Shown here: one piece after another, positions 23,290 to 36,943 of the stretch | Position numbering within the stretch: position 1 is the first letter of the stretch | Layout of the letters: each line of letters opens with the position of its first letter | Assembly (NCBI GenBank): GCA_951406725.2 | Contig: OX597832.1 | Coordinates: forward strand, 3,782,001 to 3,846,000 | Source of the DNA: Octopus vulgaris | Lineage: Eukaryota | Direction of reading: 5' to 3' | DNA: 64,000 nucleotides | Notes under the pieces: generated by a model | What the model saw: only the letters and a program-made list of their open reading frames with translations | Told to the model about the DNA's origin: nothing | Database searches by the model: none | Made by a program: the position numbers and the translations under genes

Positions 23290-25262
23290 CAACAACAACA
23301 ACAATAATAATAATACCAACAACAACAACAACAACAATAATAATAATAATAATAATAATAATAAACGAAAATGCAAAATTTACCACTTTTATGAAGAGAT
23401 AAATTCTACCACATATGTTTGAAGGAAATTATGTAAGGGCTTCTGGGTAAACAAGATTCTTTGTTTTCTGATTTGGAGCATTGACAAACAAGTCTTGCAA
23501 ACAACCTACCCTGGAGCAACCAACAAAGTTGGCCATGAGAAAATCAAGCCAATGGATTTCAAAGACTGACCTTGAGCTGTATTAATAGACATTGCAAAAG
23601 TAAGTCGCACTGGGAATTCTGTTTGTTTGAACTGTTGGTTTGATTGGAACTCTTAGAATGAAAATCTCTTCCCCAGAGGCACATCCAATGATGATGGTAG
23701 CTTCTGTCACATTAGGTGATAATGTCTTCACAATCAACCTTGTCCCATTGCATAATTTAGGAGAATCTAAATTTCTTAGAAGCATTATTGGGACACCTGC
23801 CTTCAAAAAAGGTTTATGTAGAGGAATTCCAGGTGGCTCAAGAGAATTAAGGAACTCTGTTGAGTAATGGACAGCTTGATTTTCATCAAGGACTGAATCA
23901 ACTGATTTGTACTTCTTAATGACTGTTGGAATCTTATTCATTAATTCATGATTAATTCTTGCTATTGTCTCATTTTGGGGGATTAAGAATTGCCCTTTCA
24001 CACAACCATTTATGTAAATTATTATCATCACTTAAGTCTGGTAATACCTTGTTCTTCAATTGAGCTGGGGAATTCATCATGATAGCAATATGAGCCAAAC
24101 TGATATCACCATTCCCATTAAGTGGTACTTTCTCATTTCCTAATTGGAGGAGGCAGGTTGAAAACTGTTTTCCACATTGGTCCCCATGTAATGAAGCTGG
24201 CATGTTAGTATTGAAGGAGAATTTCAGAATTTTATTCCATGCTTTTATTTCGTCAGATCTTGTTTGTCTCAGAATGACTGGTAATGTCTGTCTGAATTCT
24301 CCTGATAAAAGTAATGTAAATCTTCCCATAAATTTATTGTTGCCTCCAATGTCTTGTAAGGTGTTACCAAGGGCTTCCATTGCACCTCTATGTGACATGG
24401 TGCATTCATCCCAAATGATCATATGTCATTGGTACAACACTTCTGCTGAACCTGAATTTTGCTTATGTTACAAATTACCAGGTTTAGTGGTATTTTAAAA
24501 GCAGAATGAGCTGTTCGTCCTCCTGTGAGAATGGTGGCAGTAAAGCCAGACAATGGTACAGCAACTGCAATTTTTTTTGCCTTACTTTGGAGAGAAGTAA
24601 TGTGACAAATGTTTTACGTGTGTCACCAGGAATATCAAGAAAGAAAATTTCACTGTATTTTTCTAACGATTGTGGAACGCCGACTGCATACACACACAGG
24701 TACATATACACACAGTATCAAACCACAGATGAAATGGAGGTGTGTGAGAGAGAGAGAGAGAGAGAGTGAGTGAGTGAAGGGGTGTGTTGTCATATATACG
24801 TACATACATAGATAATAGGCGTACATCATTCTTGTATGTATGTGTGCGTGTGTGAGAGAGCGAGTGCCACTTATCACTCTCTCTCTCTCTCACACACATA
24901 CATACATACATACAAAAAAGATGTATGCATATGTATTTGTGTATGTACGAATACATGACAATACACTTTTCACTCACTCAAACTCATACACACACACACA
25001 TGCACACACGCACACACACACACTATATACATATATACATATATATAAATGTATACAAACGTACATACAAAAACGCCTGTGCGTGTGTGACTTATAAATA
25101 CATAGAGCTGACAAAGAAAATAAATAAAAAATGTTTACGTAAATAAACGAAGTGTGCAAATTCCAGTAAAATAATTCCTATATTTTTGGGGGGCCACATG
25201 TTTAATTGCAAAATTTTAACATGATATTTGTGTAATAAAGAAATCGAACCTGGAGTATGTGC

Positions 25263-25334
<72 letters not shown>

Positions 25335-26521
25335 TGCGAACAATGAATGAGATGGACATGGAATGAAAAAATTGTATAAATAAAAGCACCTTTAAAAAAA
25401 GTGTCTTGTACCGAATATTTAAATTTGTGAACTTAGTAAATACTTTTTTTCAGTAATTTATTGTAGTTGTTTACAAATAGCGAATTAAAACTTGAAATGA
25501 AAACATTAAAATTTAGACAGGGACAGACTTCGTCATTTTTATGTCAATACCACAAGTTGACACTGAGAAACCTTTTTAAAGTGAATCTAATGTAGAGAAT
25601 TTTCATTAAAATTCCGTTTTCTTGAAAGTTAAGACGAATTGAAGTAGACTTCAGTGAATTTTCAGAAAATCCTCACCCCTTCTAAAACAGTTAAACCCCC
25701 ACATTTTTATATATTCGAAATTGACATGATAGAACACATATTCGTAGAAAATTTTATTAAAAAATATCCATAATTCTGAAAGTTATGATTATGGAAATTG
25801 TGTTGGGGTAGGGGGGGAGACAGAAATCTGTAGTTCTTAATACGACAGGCAGAAAGTAAATAAGAAATTTTAAGGGAGAAGCAAGTATTGTAGGGGTTGA
25901 AGGGAAATTTACCACTCAGTGAACCAAAGAGCCAGTATCAAAGGAACCAGAAAGAAACCATCAACAACAGGAAAACACAAGACCATACGGATTGAAGTGA
26001 AATTTAGGAAGATACTTCTGTCAGTAAATTATGAAATTACTTACATCAGTAATTGTGAACTTGTTTCTGTCAGTAATTTGTCGTTGTTTGTTTGTAAATA
26101 GCGATTCAAAACTTGTAGTTACAGTGAAAACAATAACATGGAAGTTAAACAATGGAGTATGAAAATTGAAAGTGAAAAGAATAGGATCTGTAGAATGAAA
26201 GTGAAAATAAGAGATATAGATAGAGAGATATGTTACAGAGAGATAGAAATAGATAGAGAGAGACGAATAGAGAAATATACATAAAGAGATTTGGTACGTC
26301 ACTGACGCTAGAAAACCGGAAGTAAAAATATTAAAATCTTTGAAAGACGTGAATGTAACAGAAAAAGCAATATTTTTTTATTTTTAAAAATTAAAAATCA
26401 AATGAAGGCACTAAAATATGTACAAGGTCAAATTAGTCATGCATCACAACTATGGATGTGATTTGTGAAACCGTTTTCGCATGAAAAGTGAATACTACAC
26501 ATCTCTATTTTATATATTAGA
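23190..26521 (-). mobile_element. Helitron deletion derivative with PIF1-helicase pseudogene
   Basis: - strand starts A|TCTAATATATAAAATAGAG, ends with hairpin CCCGGGCAACACCGGG and CTGG|T. Confidence 0.85.
23440..24680 (-). pseudogene. Helitron PIF1-family helicase, frameshifted
   Basis: FFLDIPGDTRKTF (decayed Walker A), IIWDECTMSH, LLSGEFRQTLPV, LLQLGNE, RAIL, EFLNSLEPPGIP, PIMLLRNLDSPKLCNGTRL. Confidence 0.9.
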
Positions 26522-26522
26522 T

Positions 26523-27742
26523 ATATTAGTTGCATTAGAAGTTCTGAGACTTTTTCAGGAGAGACATTAATTTCAAAGCTGTAATCTCTTATAAAGTTGG
26601 ATCCTCTGACTTAAATGCACTCACAAGTGCTCCAGCAACTTCGTGAAGGTTCTATGAAAGTGAAAGAGTCTAGGACCCTTGTCACAGCCGCCTTCATCTT
26701 CTCGATGTTTTCAAAACAACTGCCCCTGAGGATCTCTTTCAGCTTAAGGGAACAACCAAAGTCACAGGGGGCAAGGTCTTGATTGTAGGGAGGGTGGAGA
26801 ATTGTGGACTGGTGCATTGTCTTGGTACAGGTGCCACCGACCCGGGAGGACGAGACCCCACCTTTTGTGACGAAATCTTTTCTGACCTCCCTCAAAACCT
26901 TCACATTATGGAATGGCCAAAGGGATCCCAGTGGATGTATATGATGTACTTGTTGTATCAAAACAGGATCATTGTGAGCTTCCCGGTGGATTTGCATTGT
27001 CTGGCCTTCTTGGTTCTGGAGTAGCCAGGATGCTACCATTGATCAATCTGCCACTTGGTCTCTGGATAATAATAGTAGATCCAGCTTTCGTCACATTCAC
27101 CAGTGGCTCAAGTGCTTTTGGTTTGGAGGTAAAGAGCTCAACCATCTCCTTACTGTCACCAACTCATCTTTCCTTCTGTTCGTCACTGAACACCCTGGAA
27201 ACCAACTCTACACAAATTTTGCGCACGTTCATATCTTCATGAATAATTGTGGGTAGTTGCCACACAAACTCCAAACTGCATGTTTATTGCCTTTATCGAC
27301 ACACGACGGTCTCCATCCACGAAATTACGAATTTTCTCAACCAGCTTTAATGTTTTGACATTTTTCTCGTTCCTAAACCTCTCATCGTCTCTCATTTCCT
27401 CTCTAACGTCCTTGAACTTCTTGTGCCAATGAAAAACAGATGCTCAGCTCCTTCAAGTTAATCCATAAACAGCCTGGAACATTTCATAAGTTTCTCTAGC
27501 GTTTTTTCTCAGTTTAACTCAACACTTTATTGTATAGCGAGCTTTCAAATACCCCGATTGCATTCTACAAACTAGTCGGCTGTAACAAGCAGTAATTAGT
27601 AGTGTGCGTTCATTCTAGAATAACAAAAAGTTTGAAAGTCAGCTTATTAGATGTACAGTAATAATATACTAATATTACAATAATCTAGGAAGTTATAACT
27701 GCTTCTCCTAAAAAGGTCTCAAACTTCTGGAATGCACCTCGT
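26523..27742 (-). mobile_element. Decayed mariner element
   Basis: Degenerate TIRs (tgcatt..agaagtt..gagac.ttttt.aggaga at both ends); LHPPYNQDLAPCDF corresponds to the mariner YSPDLAPSD motif; about 1.2 kb. Confidence 0.8.
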
Positions 27743-28329
27743 GTGTACTAAGCTAACAATAAATAAGATAAAGAGAATATTCTGGTTAAATCTACTTAAT
27801 TACATGTGTCCATTGCTAATATAAGAAAATATAGAACAAAGCTAATAATTATATAGAATAGTGTCTGCATTTATACAGGTATGTATGTTAATATGTATGT
27901 ATGTCGCTGTTAAAACACAAGGATAATCTCCTTTCTCGAACTTTGCATACAGTGTGCGTTACGTAAGGAAAAGTAGAATTGAGAGTACATCTCGCGGAGC
28001 AACGTGACAAAGTTCCCTGTAGAATCTGTGTTGGCTCTGCTCGAGGACCCAGAACTTCAGTTTTTTTTATAATCCCCTGGCATGACTTTTAGAGCCTTTA
28101 AAATGTAATTTGTCGGCAGGTTTTGCATGTTTTCTTTTCGTCTTTCACGCCAGCCGATGCCGATTAGTGGATAAATATCTACGTGTATGTTCTCTTCTTC
28201 GCAAGGTCGCTAATGTCTTTTTATGGTAATATAATTAGGCTGTGGTTCAAAGCTCGAAATCTGAATTGTTGGAGTCAAGGTAAAGAGCTGTTACAGATCG
28301 TTCAAATGGCACATCTTCGTTGAATAACT

Positions 28330-29250
28330 CTTCCTCGACTTTCCATTTTTCTTCAAGGCGAATATTGTGTTCTAAGCAGAAGCAACGTGCTGTCATTGAG
28401 TTCTGACGAAGGAGCAGTGTAGAGTCTCAGATATCCACAGAAGGTTGTTTGCCGAGACGAGACGACACCTTCGACAAGTGTTATATACACAGCTGAGAGA
28501 AGTTTAAGTAATGAGAGAAGTGAAGACAAACCGTGCAGTCAGAGACCATCAAACGCAATAACATACACGAACCAGAGCGAGTGGATTAATTGATTCGAGC
28601 GGGAGGACGAGTTACAACTTGCGAGATCACTGTACAACTGAAATGTGGTCACAATGCATTACTGAAGATGGTGGAAGAATTTGGGTATCGGAAAGTGTGT
28701 GAACGGCGAGTACCTCGGCGTTTGACATCTGATTTGAAAGATTGGTTTGAAGAGAGTCTATTTTAATTAGTTGGAGACGTTTGAAGCTAATGATGACCCA
28801 TTTTTTACTGATCAGGAATAAAACGTAGGCGTATCTTTAGGTTCTGGGAATGAAATCCAATCCCTAGAATACAGGAAGTCGTAATGTGTTTTGGAGGAGT
28901 GAGGTGGGGTGGGGAAATGACAAGGACGTTAGTATCCTTGATTTTTTGGAACGTGACTGTACCGTAAACAGCGATCGGTACACTGAGAATCGTTTGGAGG
29001 AAGTGACCGAACAAGAATCTGTAAACAATCTTCATTTGAAAAGACTGTGTAACCACACATATCTTTGGTAACAAATCAGGCAATCAACGGGGATTCTATC
29101 ACCCGTCGTACAGATCAGATTTGTACTTTCCGATTTCTACCTGTTTTGTTCAATAATAACACTCTTCGAGGACAACGAACATCTAAACATTGTAGCCTTT
29201 TGACCCGATACATTTCTAACAGCAAAGTCAAAAATGGACCATCCTATCGC
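28330..29250 (+). pseudogene. Decayed mariner-like transposase
   Basis: Fragments KQKQRAVIEF, LGYRKVCERRVPRRLT and ILDFLERDCTVNSDRY. Confidence 0.65.
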
Positions 29251-30079
29251 TCCACAGCTATGCTACTGCGCTCTCTCTCTCTCCCCCCTCTCCCCCCTCT
29301 CTCTCTCTCTCACACACACGCACAGACACACACACACACACGCTTGATTAGGGATTTTTCTCCGAGTCACTTTTACTGTTATCTCCTTACATTGTTCACC
29401 TAAATTGTTTGAGGTCTCCTTTTCTCCTTCCCCTATTTTATCTTACTTTCTTGCTTATCTAACCTTATATATTCCGGCATTTATCTTCCTCACTCTCAAG
29501 AAAGGAAGATCCCTAGTTCGCCATTTTAACTAACATCTTTACTCTGGATTCTTTAAATATTTAAACACTTCTTTACTAATATGTTTTCCTTCCTTCCTTC
29601 CTTCCTTCCTTCCTTCCTTCCTTCCTTCCTTCCTTCCTTCTTCCTTTCCTTCCTTCCTTGTTTCCTTTAACTTCATTAAATCATGGCGTTTTCTTTAATT
29701 ATACGCGTTTCTTTAATTATATTTCTTCTTAATGTTCTTTTTGCACGCGTTCATCTATTGGAGATATTTTCTTAGTTCTTTTTGAATTTAACCCATTTTC
29801 GATTGCTTTGATAACATTGTGTTAGCATATATTTTCAATGAATTTGGCTGCTATTTTATAACTTTTTCCTTTATATATGCTGACACAATAGAAACGACCG
29901 TTGGTAACGTATGATGCAATTACCAATTAAAGATGTGACTTTTTCCAGTCTTGTTCTTGTTGTACCCCGAATTTCTTGAAATTCTTCTTAAAGTAATAAA
30001 ATTCTCATTTACCATACACACACACACACACACACACACGTACAGGCGCGCGCGCGCTCATATGGTAAGTGAGAATTTT

Positions 30080-30195
30080 TATTAATCACTACAATTATTT
30101 CGACACATCTAACATCGATCCCTCACGGGTGGGATACTTAACAACTGGTTCAGGAGCATCCGACGGTGCAGATGTGTCTCTTCGGGTGATGAATA
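30080..30195 (-). ncRNA. Type I hammerhead ribozyme (U4C core variant), probably Penelope-associated
   Basis: - strand: TATTCATCAC-CCGAAGA-GACACATCT...AGATGTGTC-GAAA-TAATTG-TA-GTGATTAATA; stem I 9/10 bp, stem II 9 bp, minimal stem III. Confidence 0.7.
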
Positions 30196-30479
30196 GTTAT
30201 AATTCGTTAAAATAACAGTTCCACAATGTATCTTCTCATTTCGTACAAAGAAAAGCAGCAATTTAAAGGATATAACTTTATTTATTTAGAAGATCAATAA
30301 TAAAATAACAGATGCAAAAAAGAAACGAACACGCAATACAGTGAATAAAGTATTAAAAATATCAGGTAAGATAAGATATTTATAGATACCCGAATTGTTA
30401 ATCAAATAGTACAGGAAAGGTATCATACCCAATAACTGATGTGGTATTATCACTATAAACTGCTAAAATGGGAAAGGAG

Positions 30480-30690
30480 ATACACAAGAAGGAAATTACA
30501 GAGGCAACAAATTAATGGATCCGGCTATTAATGGAGAAGGTCATCGCACAATTGATCAGGAGTAATGTTAACCCTGAAGAGATTCACTTTGGTTTTATAT
30601 TCGGAGGATGTGACACAGATGCAATCTTTTTGGCGAAACAACTGCTGGAGAAATACTTAGCCATGAGTAAACCACCACACCTGGCCATCG
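30480..30690 (+). pseudogene. RTE-clade LINE RT fragment
   Basis: HFGF...TDAIFLAKQLLEKYLA resembles the RTE motif QFGF..TTDAIF..RQLQEKY. Confidence 0.6.
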
Positions 30691-30694
30691 TGAC

Positions 30695-31760
30695 CTGTTA
30701 AAATACAGAAGAGAACTTATCCAAGTATGAAAGTTGATTCTCAAAGTCGTGTATGTGTTAATACCGAGAACAACAGAAAGTAGCTTAGAGAAAAATCTAG
30801 ACTAAGATTTCGATTCCTGTCTATGAAACCAGAAAACGAACTGCTTAAAGGCCTTTGACAAGATGACACACTCTGGGAGCTATTAGAGCTGCTGGCAACA
30901 AAATTCTTTATTTTCAAAGTGAAGGCAGATTGTATGCTGCTTGTTAGAATCGCAATATACACATAAACACACATTTAGAGTCTGGACGTGTATGGGAGAG
31001 AAGGAGATAGGAAGAGAGAAAGTGGGAAAGGAAGAGGACACAAACAGACAGAGTGACGGTGTGGATATGAATAGATATACGTACATACATGTGAACATTC
31101 AAACTAATCAGTGGCATTGAACAGATATACCTGGAGACGCCATCTGGTTCTTAAGACCCTCTTCAATGCGGCAAAGAAACAAACTTCTCTAATCAATATT
31201 AGTAAGAAACCACAGAAGAAACCAGCCTGAGATTTCTTTGCCTTCGTGCGTCCAGGACATTAAATCCGTTTGAATAATCTTCTTGTAAGCAATGAAAAGT
31301 AGAACGGTTATTACGAAGTAGCAGCAGATTCACGGAGATGTCAATGATTCTTCCTCGTTTCAGTTACGAAGAAACCAGATATATTATCATATGGTGTGAA
31401 GAAAAAAGAGTAGCAAATCTAGTCGAGTAAACGGTTCCTCATGAAAGTAATATGGACGCCACTAGGACTCGAAAGGTCAACCCTTATGAACGTCTCCTAG
31501 AGGATTGTAAGGACACACGCTGGAAAGCAGAACATTATCCACTCGAAGTTGGAAACAGTATGAGGCAATGTTTGTTGTCATTAGGCCTACTCGTCGCAAA
31601 GCAAATACCATCATGAGGGATATCTAGGCCACAGTAGAGAAGGCAAGCCATTGGATTTGGTTAAGAAGAGATGGTGAGCAATGGCTAGAAAAATATTGAG
31701 CGAAGCCTAGTGGCCGGTTGAACTAGTGATGGGGGAGGAGAGGTGCGTAACAATGCCATT
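30695..31760 (+). pseudogene. 3' part of a REL-endonuclease LINE, decayed
   Basis: KPDILSY, LVE*TVPHE, YPLEVG and ATVEKASHWIWLRR resemble R2/Hero-type C-termini. Confidence 0.6.
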
Positions 31761-31939
31761 TAGAGGAAGGTGCTGAAATGGCGCGCATTCTCTCCTGATG
31801 ACTCCATAAGCCTGCTAGTGTCTGGTAAGCGGAGCTTTCAACTGGTAGCACTTGTATCTGCAAGTTGTTTGCATATAATGTTTGTATTTGTGTATATATG
31901 TATGAGCATAATATATACGTGTGTGTATGTATGAATATA

Positions 31940-32176
31940 ACGATAAACGTCGCCCATTTCAAGCCTAGCCAGGCTCATGGGCCCGTTTTCCCGGTTTCTG
32001 TGGCGTATGTATTCCCCCCAGCTGGACAGGACGCCAGTCCATCTCAGCGTTACTTAAGAAACAGGAATAGAGAGTGAGAAAAAGGTGTGGCGAAAGAGTA
32101 CAACAGGGGTCACACCCCCGATCTGGGAATAGAACCGCAGAGTCCGCTGCCCTAACCACAAGGCCATTTCGCCTCC
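31940..32176 (-). mobile_element. SINE family C
   Basis: Head similar to 22722-22994 (gagtccgctgccctaaccac). Confidence 0.7.
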
Positions 32177-32199
32177 CATGTATGTATGTGTATATATAT

Positions 32200-32743
32200 A
32201 TTTATAAATTAGAAAAAAACACCTTTTATCAATTCAAAATGAACAATTAAATTACACCATCTAGAAAATTACATATAATAGAAATATTAAAATTAAAATA
32301 ACAATAATATACCGATGATTAAGTAAATTGCAAAATAATAATAATAACGTATATATTGATTATTTTATTATTCTAGTTTATTTTTAACCTGATGAGTGGC
32401 TATATTTATATCGAAGTGATTTTACTCCTACTATTATTTTTTTTACTATAATCATTTCTTAAATATAGCCACGAAACACGTGTCGTTATTCTACCAAATA
32501 TATACGTTTTTATTATTATTTTGCAATTTACTTAATCATCGGTATATTTATTGTTATTTTAATTTTAATATTTCTATTATATGTAATTTTCTAGATGGTG
32601 TAATTTAATTGTTCATTTTCAATTGATAAAAGGTGTTTTGTTTTCTAATTTTTATATATATATATTATATTTTGTGAAATTTGATTTAGTATTTCTAAAT
32701 TGAATTTTTCCCTGTAAGTCAGGAATAATATTCCCTCAAATAA

Positions 32744-32748
<5 letters not shown>
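32200..32748 (+). mobile_element. Fold-back Penelope-like terminal-repeat element
   Basis: About 155-bp near-perfect inverted arms (about 32200-32357 and 32497-32655) enclosing a hammerhead; flanked by (TA)n. Confidence 0.75.
32385..32488 (+). ncRNA. Type I hammerhead ribozyme with canonical core
   Basis: TAAC-CTGATGA-GTGGCTATATTTA...TAAATATAGCCAC-GAAA-CACGTG-TC-GTTA: all core nucleotides present, 13-bp stem II, palindromic stem III, GUC cleavage triplet at 32482-32484. Confidence 0.85.
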
Positions 32749-32803
<55 letters not shown>

Positions 32804-34834
32804 TATGCGCGTTTATGTTCGTATATGTGTGTACATGTTTGTGTGTGTATGTGTGAAATTAAGATTAAAAAGTTTTCCATTTTGGCATTATGACGTCACA
32901 ATATTCATAACGTTTCCTTCAGGGCCTTCGTTTCAAACAATTTTCAGTCGCTTTTAACCTTTCGCCGTAATCAGAGGATAGAGAATGTATGGGCCTGGGG
33001 GCTCACTCAAACATCTGAAGGCTAGTGTGAAGTCACTATCATCTTCACCTTGTTTTGTGTGATTGTGGGCATGTTTTATGTACCTTTGAGTTCTCAAACA
33101 CTTTCTATAGCATGCTGATTGGTATCGTACCATATTTACAAGGTGTACGGTTGTGTTCCTTGGCAGTATGAACTTATAACCAGGCAGTTTCAGGTTTGGA
33201 AATCCGGAGATTCCAAACAGAAGCATTCTTCATTCTCGATATATTCACATATGATATTTTATTGTAAACAATTGAGTGACTGTAAAGAGAACATGACATA
33301 AATAATAAAATTTACGTACTCGAAATAAAGATTACTCAATAAAGATTAGGTATATCGAGAAAAGGATGGCTATAAACTTGGCAAGTATTTTAATAAATCA
33401 TAACTTTGCTGTTATGAAAATGTTTGATAATATTTTCTAGATATTTCTTAAATAAAGTAAAAATATCTTTTTCACGGTGTAATTAACTTCACAAGTCCAC
33501 ATACGTGTTTGGTTTTAAGTTTTTATGTATCAGTGTAATTATGTATGTTTGTATGTGAAGTGTGTCAGTCGGTTTCCTTCATTATTCTCTCTCTCTCTCT
33601 CTCTCCCTCTCCCTCTCTCTCTCAAACATACATTCCAATTACATACATTTTTCATCTTTTAGAAGGGAAGGAAGTGCTCGTGACCCGTTAAAGGGATTCT
33701 TAGACTGGTGGGAGGGAAGGAGGAAGTTGTCCTCAAACCGGAAACTCGATCCGGATGTTTACAACTGGGTAGACTCTCTAAAGGCACCCAGAGTGCCAGG
33801 TGGTGGTGTAAAGCTGAGCCTCGGTTAAGACTACCACCCATGTTGACCATAGTAGGATTCGAACTTTGAATACAAAAAAGCTAGACAAATACCGCGCAGT
33901 GTCTAGTCTAATATTCTTACAGTTCCGCCTGTCCATGGTTTCAGATTAATACTTTTTATTGACTCCGAAAAAATGAGAAGCTAAAGTGACTTCGACCGGA
34001 TTTGAAATCAAAACAAAGAGAGTTAACAAAAAAAGACGACATTGCATTTGCTAACGACTCTGCCCATGTATGTTTGCACGCATATATGTATGTATGCATG
34101 TGTGCATGCAAGCATGTATGTATGTATGTATGCATGCATTGTGGGATGGGGGCGGGTATGTATGTAGAAGTGCATACATGCAAGTTTTCTTTTGAAATCT
34201 AAGTTCTTGAGAAGTTGAGCCGGTCAATAACAACAAATGAGTCAAGTCAGTTCTTGGGGTGTGTGAACGTGTACAGCTTAGTGTGTGTGTGTGGGGGGGT
34301 GTAATTAGATATATGCATGGATATGCCTGTCCTCATGTAATGGGTGTGTATATTTCTTTAGTACGCACATGCGCCTGGATTCATTACTCGGTTTTATGGA
34401 ATTCGTCCCGGTTTTTAAATAATAGTTCCGTTGTCCCGGAAAAATGTTTCCTGGCGGTGATTTGTTTCGTTTTTTATGAATTTTAATTTAATTTCAAAAA
34501 TAAGTTTTTGTAAATATTTTCTACTTTGTATTTTTATGAATTTAAAAAAATTTGCTTCTACAAATCCTATTTTTCGCAATAACAATTTCGGTTTAAAATT
34601 TATTTTTCAATTTTCATTAAACTAAACACTTCAGCTTGGGTGTTCTAAAAATATTTACTCCAGTCCACTTTTTTTTTTAAATAGTGCCTGCGATAGGTCG
34701 GGATTTGAACTCTGTGTGACTGAGTTCCACTGTGTTCCCGTTGCCTGGCCAATACAATGCATTTTCTGTTGAACTATATAGTGATAGAAACAATCAATAA
34801 TTTATTAGTAATCGTCAATAATTTAATGAACTAA

Positions 34835-35045
34835 GGCAACGTGCAGGCAGAAACGTTAGTATGTCGGGCAAAATGCCTAGCGGCATTTCATCTGTCTCTA
34901 TGTTCTGAGTTCAAATTTCACCCAGGTTGACTTTGCCTTCCATCCTTGCAAGGTCGATAAAATAAGTAGCAGTTGAACCCTGGGGTCGATGTTATCGACT
35001 TACACCCTCCACCGAATTTTCTGGCCTTGTGCCAAAAGCTGGAAC
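34835..35045 (+). mobile_element. SINE family B
   Basis: Head and body match 7187-7497. Confidence 0.75.
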
Positions 35046-35199
35046 TAATTTAATGAATCAACAATGGGGGAAATCAGACAGCAAGAATGATATTTATTCG
35101 AAGGCAAAACGTCTAACTTCCTAACGAATATTTCATTTTCAAAATTACAGATTTTGTTTTTCAAAAAAGTTTTTTCTGAACATGACCAACTAACTCAGC

Positions 35200-35606
35200 G
35201 ATAATCAACTATTTTTTTACCTATGGAGCCCTTTGATTACTATTTTATTCTAGTGGACCCACATAACCATTTGACGTTTAAAAACTAATTGGTTGATGTT
35301 TACAAGTACACCGGCACTTAAAAAATCGCCTTTTTTTTTTCTTTTTTCGTGCCGGTGTACTTGTAAACATTAACCAACTAATTTTATACATACTTCTTTC
35401 AAAGTTTCTATTTTGCTTTTTACACATTAACTTGTGTAGGTTGAACTATCTAAAACGTTAGAGAAAGAAACCTAGCTGTTTCCTGCCATACATACATTTA
35501 AATCAGAATATTTTATAGACCCTTAAAGTATTACTGTGGATCTTCAATTTACTATTTTGCTAGCTTGGACCCCCAGGGGTCATATGGATACCGGTTGGGA
35601 ACCACT
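35200..35606. mobile_element. hAT-Charlie-like MITE remnant containing a small palindromic insert
   Basis: Right end GGTTGGGAACCACT is the reverse complement of a CAGTGGTTCCCAACC-type TIR; GGACCCC subterminal motifs; left TIR not seen. Confidence 0.45.
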
Positions 35607-36943
35607 AGAATCCCTGAACTAACTATATCTGAGTTAACAACGACCTATCATGTGATGAAATGCCATCGAAGCTTTAGAAATACTGATTATTTGTAGAAGT
35701 TATTCACCGTAGAAGTTATTCCAAATTCACAACTGGTTAAAAGTTACCTAGAACAATGTTACTTCATTTTCTTCAATCAATATATCTCAATTGGGACGAG
35801 CAATCATAAAGCAGAAAATCTTTTTACTTTATTACTGCATTTTTGTATTGAAAAAAGTAAAGCAAATAAAAATTTTAGCATTGAATACCATGCTGAATGA
35901 ATGATCAGAAACTACAGCTGTCTATATAAAGAAATGCTTGAACGATAATAAAATATCTAAAAAGAAAAAAAAAACGATGCATAGCTTTTAGGATAGACAA
36001 TGGTAATTTGAATTTTGGAGGAATCAATTGTTACGGTCAGGAAAACAGTTTCATAAAGTGAACAGTATTTTGAATGATAAAATTAAAGATGTCGGTTGCT
36101 TGCTTTATTCGCGTCTCTCACAACACCGTTCAACGTGCTTCTGGTAAACTCGAACTTGATATTGAATTAATCGCAATGAAAATTTACTTTTTATTTAGTT
36201 ATTTTTTATTTTAGTAACTCAACTGTGAAAACAGAAAATTTAAAAGATTTCTGTGCTTTGTTGATATTGAATACAAAATACCATTATTTCACCGTGAAAC
36301 ATGTTAGCTTTCACTTTCTATGGCTTATAAAGCGTTCTTTAGAAGAGTACAAAGGTCTGAAATCTTATTTTTTGTCAACAGAAAATGTTAAAAATTTTTT
36401 CAGTCACCATGTTATTGTCTTGAATAATTTTCTTGAATTTGTAAAGAATTAAATTTCAGAGCTCGAAAACTCTGACTAAATAATTCTTGGGGGAGAAAGA
36501 AATTGTTTCTAACACAATCGTTCCCTCTGGACAAGCTGAGTAAATTCTAAAAGATTTTGAGAATGACGAGGAAGTTTAAACTTTTGTAAATAATACTATC
36601 GAATTGTAGATAACACTATCGATTATCCCACTTTCTGGGATAATCACCAATTTTTAATTTTTTGCAATGAATTATTTTTAATATTTCTAGAATAGAAGGA
36701 AGCTGACTAATCAATTACAACTTTCTGAAAATTAAATATTGAATTTGATGAAAATAATTTGCATAATGAATGTGTTTAGTGTGGCAGTTAGTGTGGTATT
36801 ATTCTTAAATTGTTGACTATGTCAGACAGGTTACGCGTGTAGTTAACAACCACACTAAAGTTTAATTGGGTTTCCAAATTCTTTTATATAACAACAGCTG
36901 CGTCCGTCCGTCCGTCTGTCTGTCCGAAACCAGAAATTAAGAT

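Larger units (their letters stand above)
34378..36790 (+). pseudogene. Old hAT (Blackjack-like) relic, continuing at about 43555-43740 after the Helitron
   Basis: GTCCCGG subterminal repeats at about 34400-34440; YHVMKCHRSFRNTD and KHVSFHFLWL...LKSYFLS fragments; RIFS...NW-like C-terminal piece after 43553. Confidence 0.5.

Noticed and set aside
23440-24680. Host PIF1 helicase gene
   Set aside because: Frameshifted, intronless and bounded by Helitron termini
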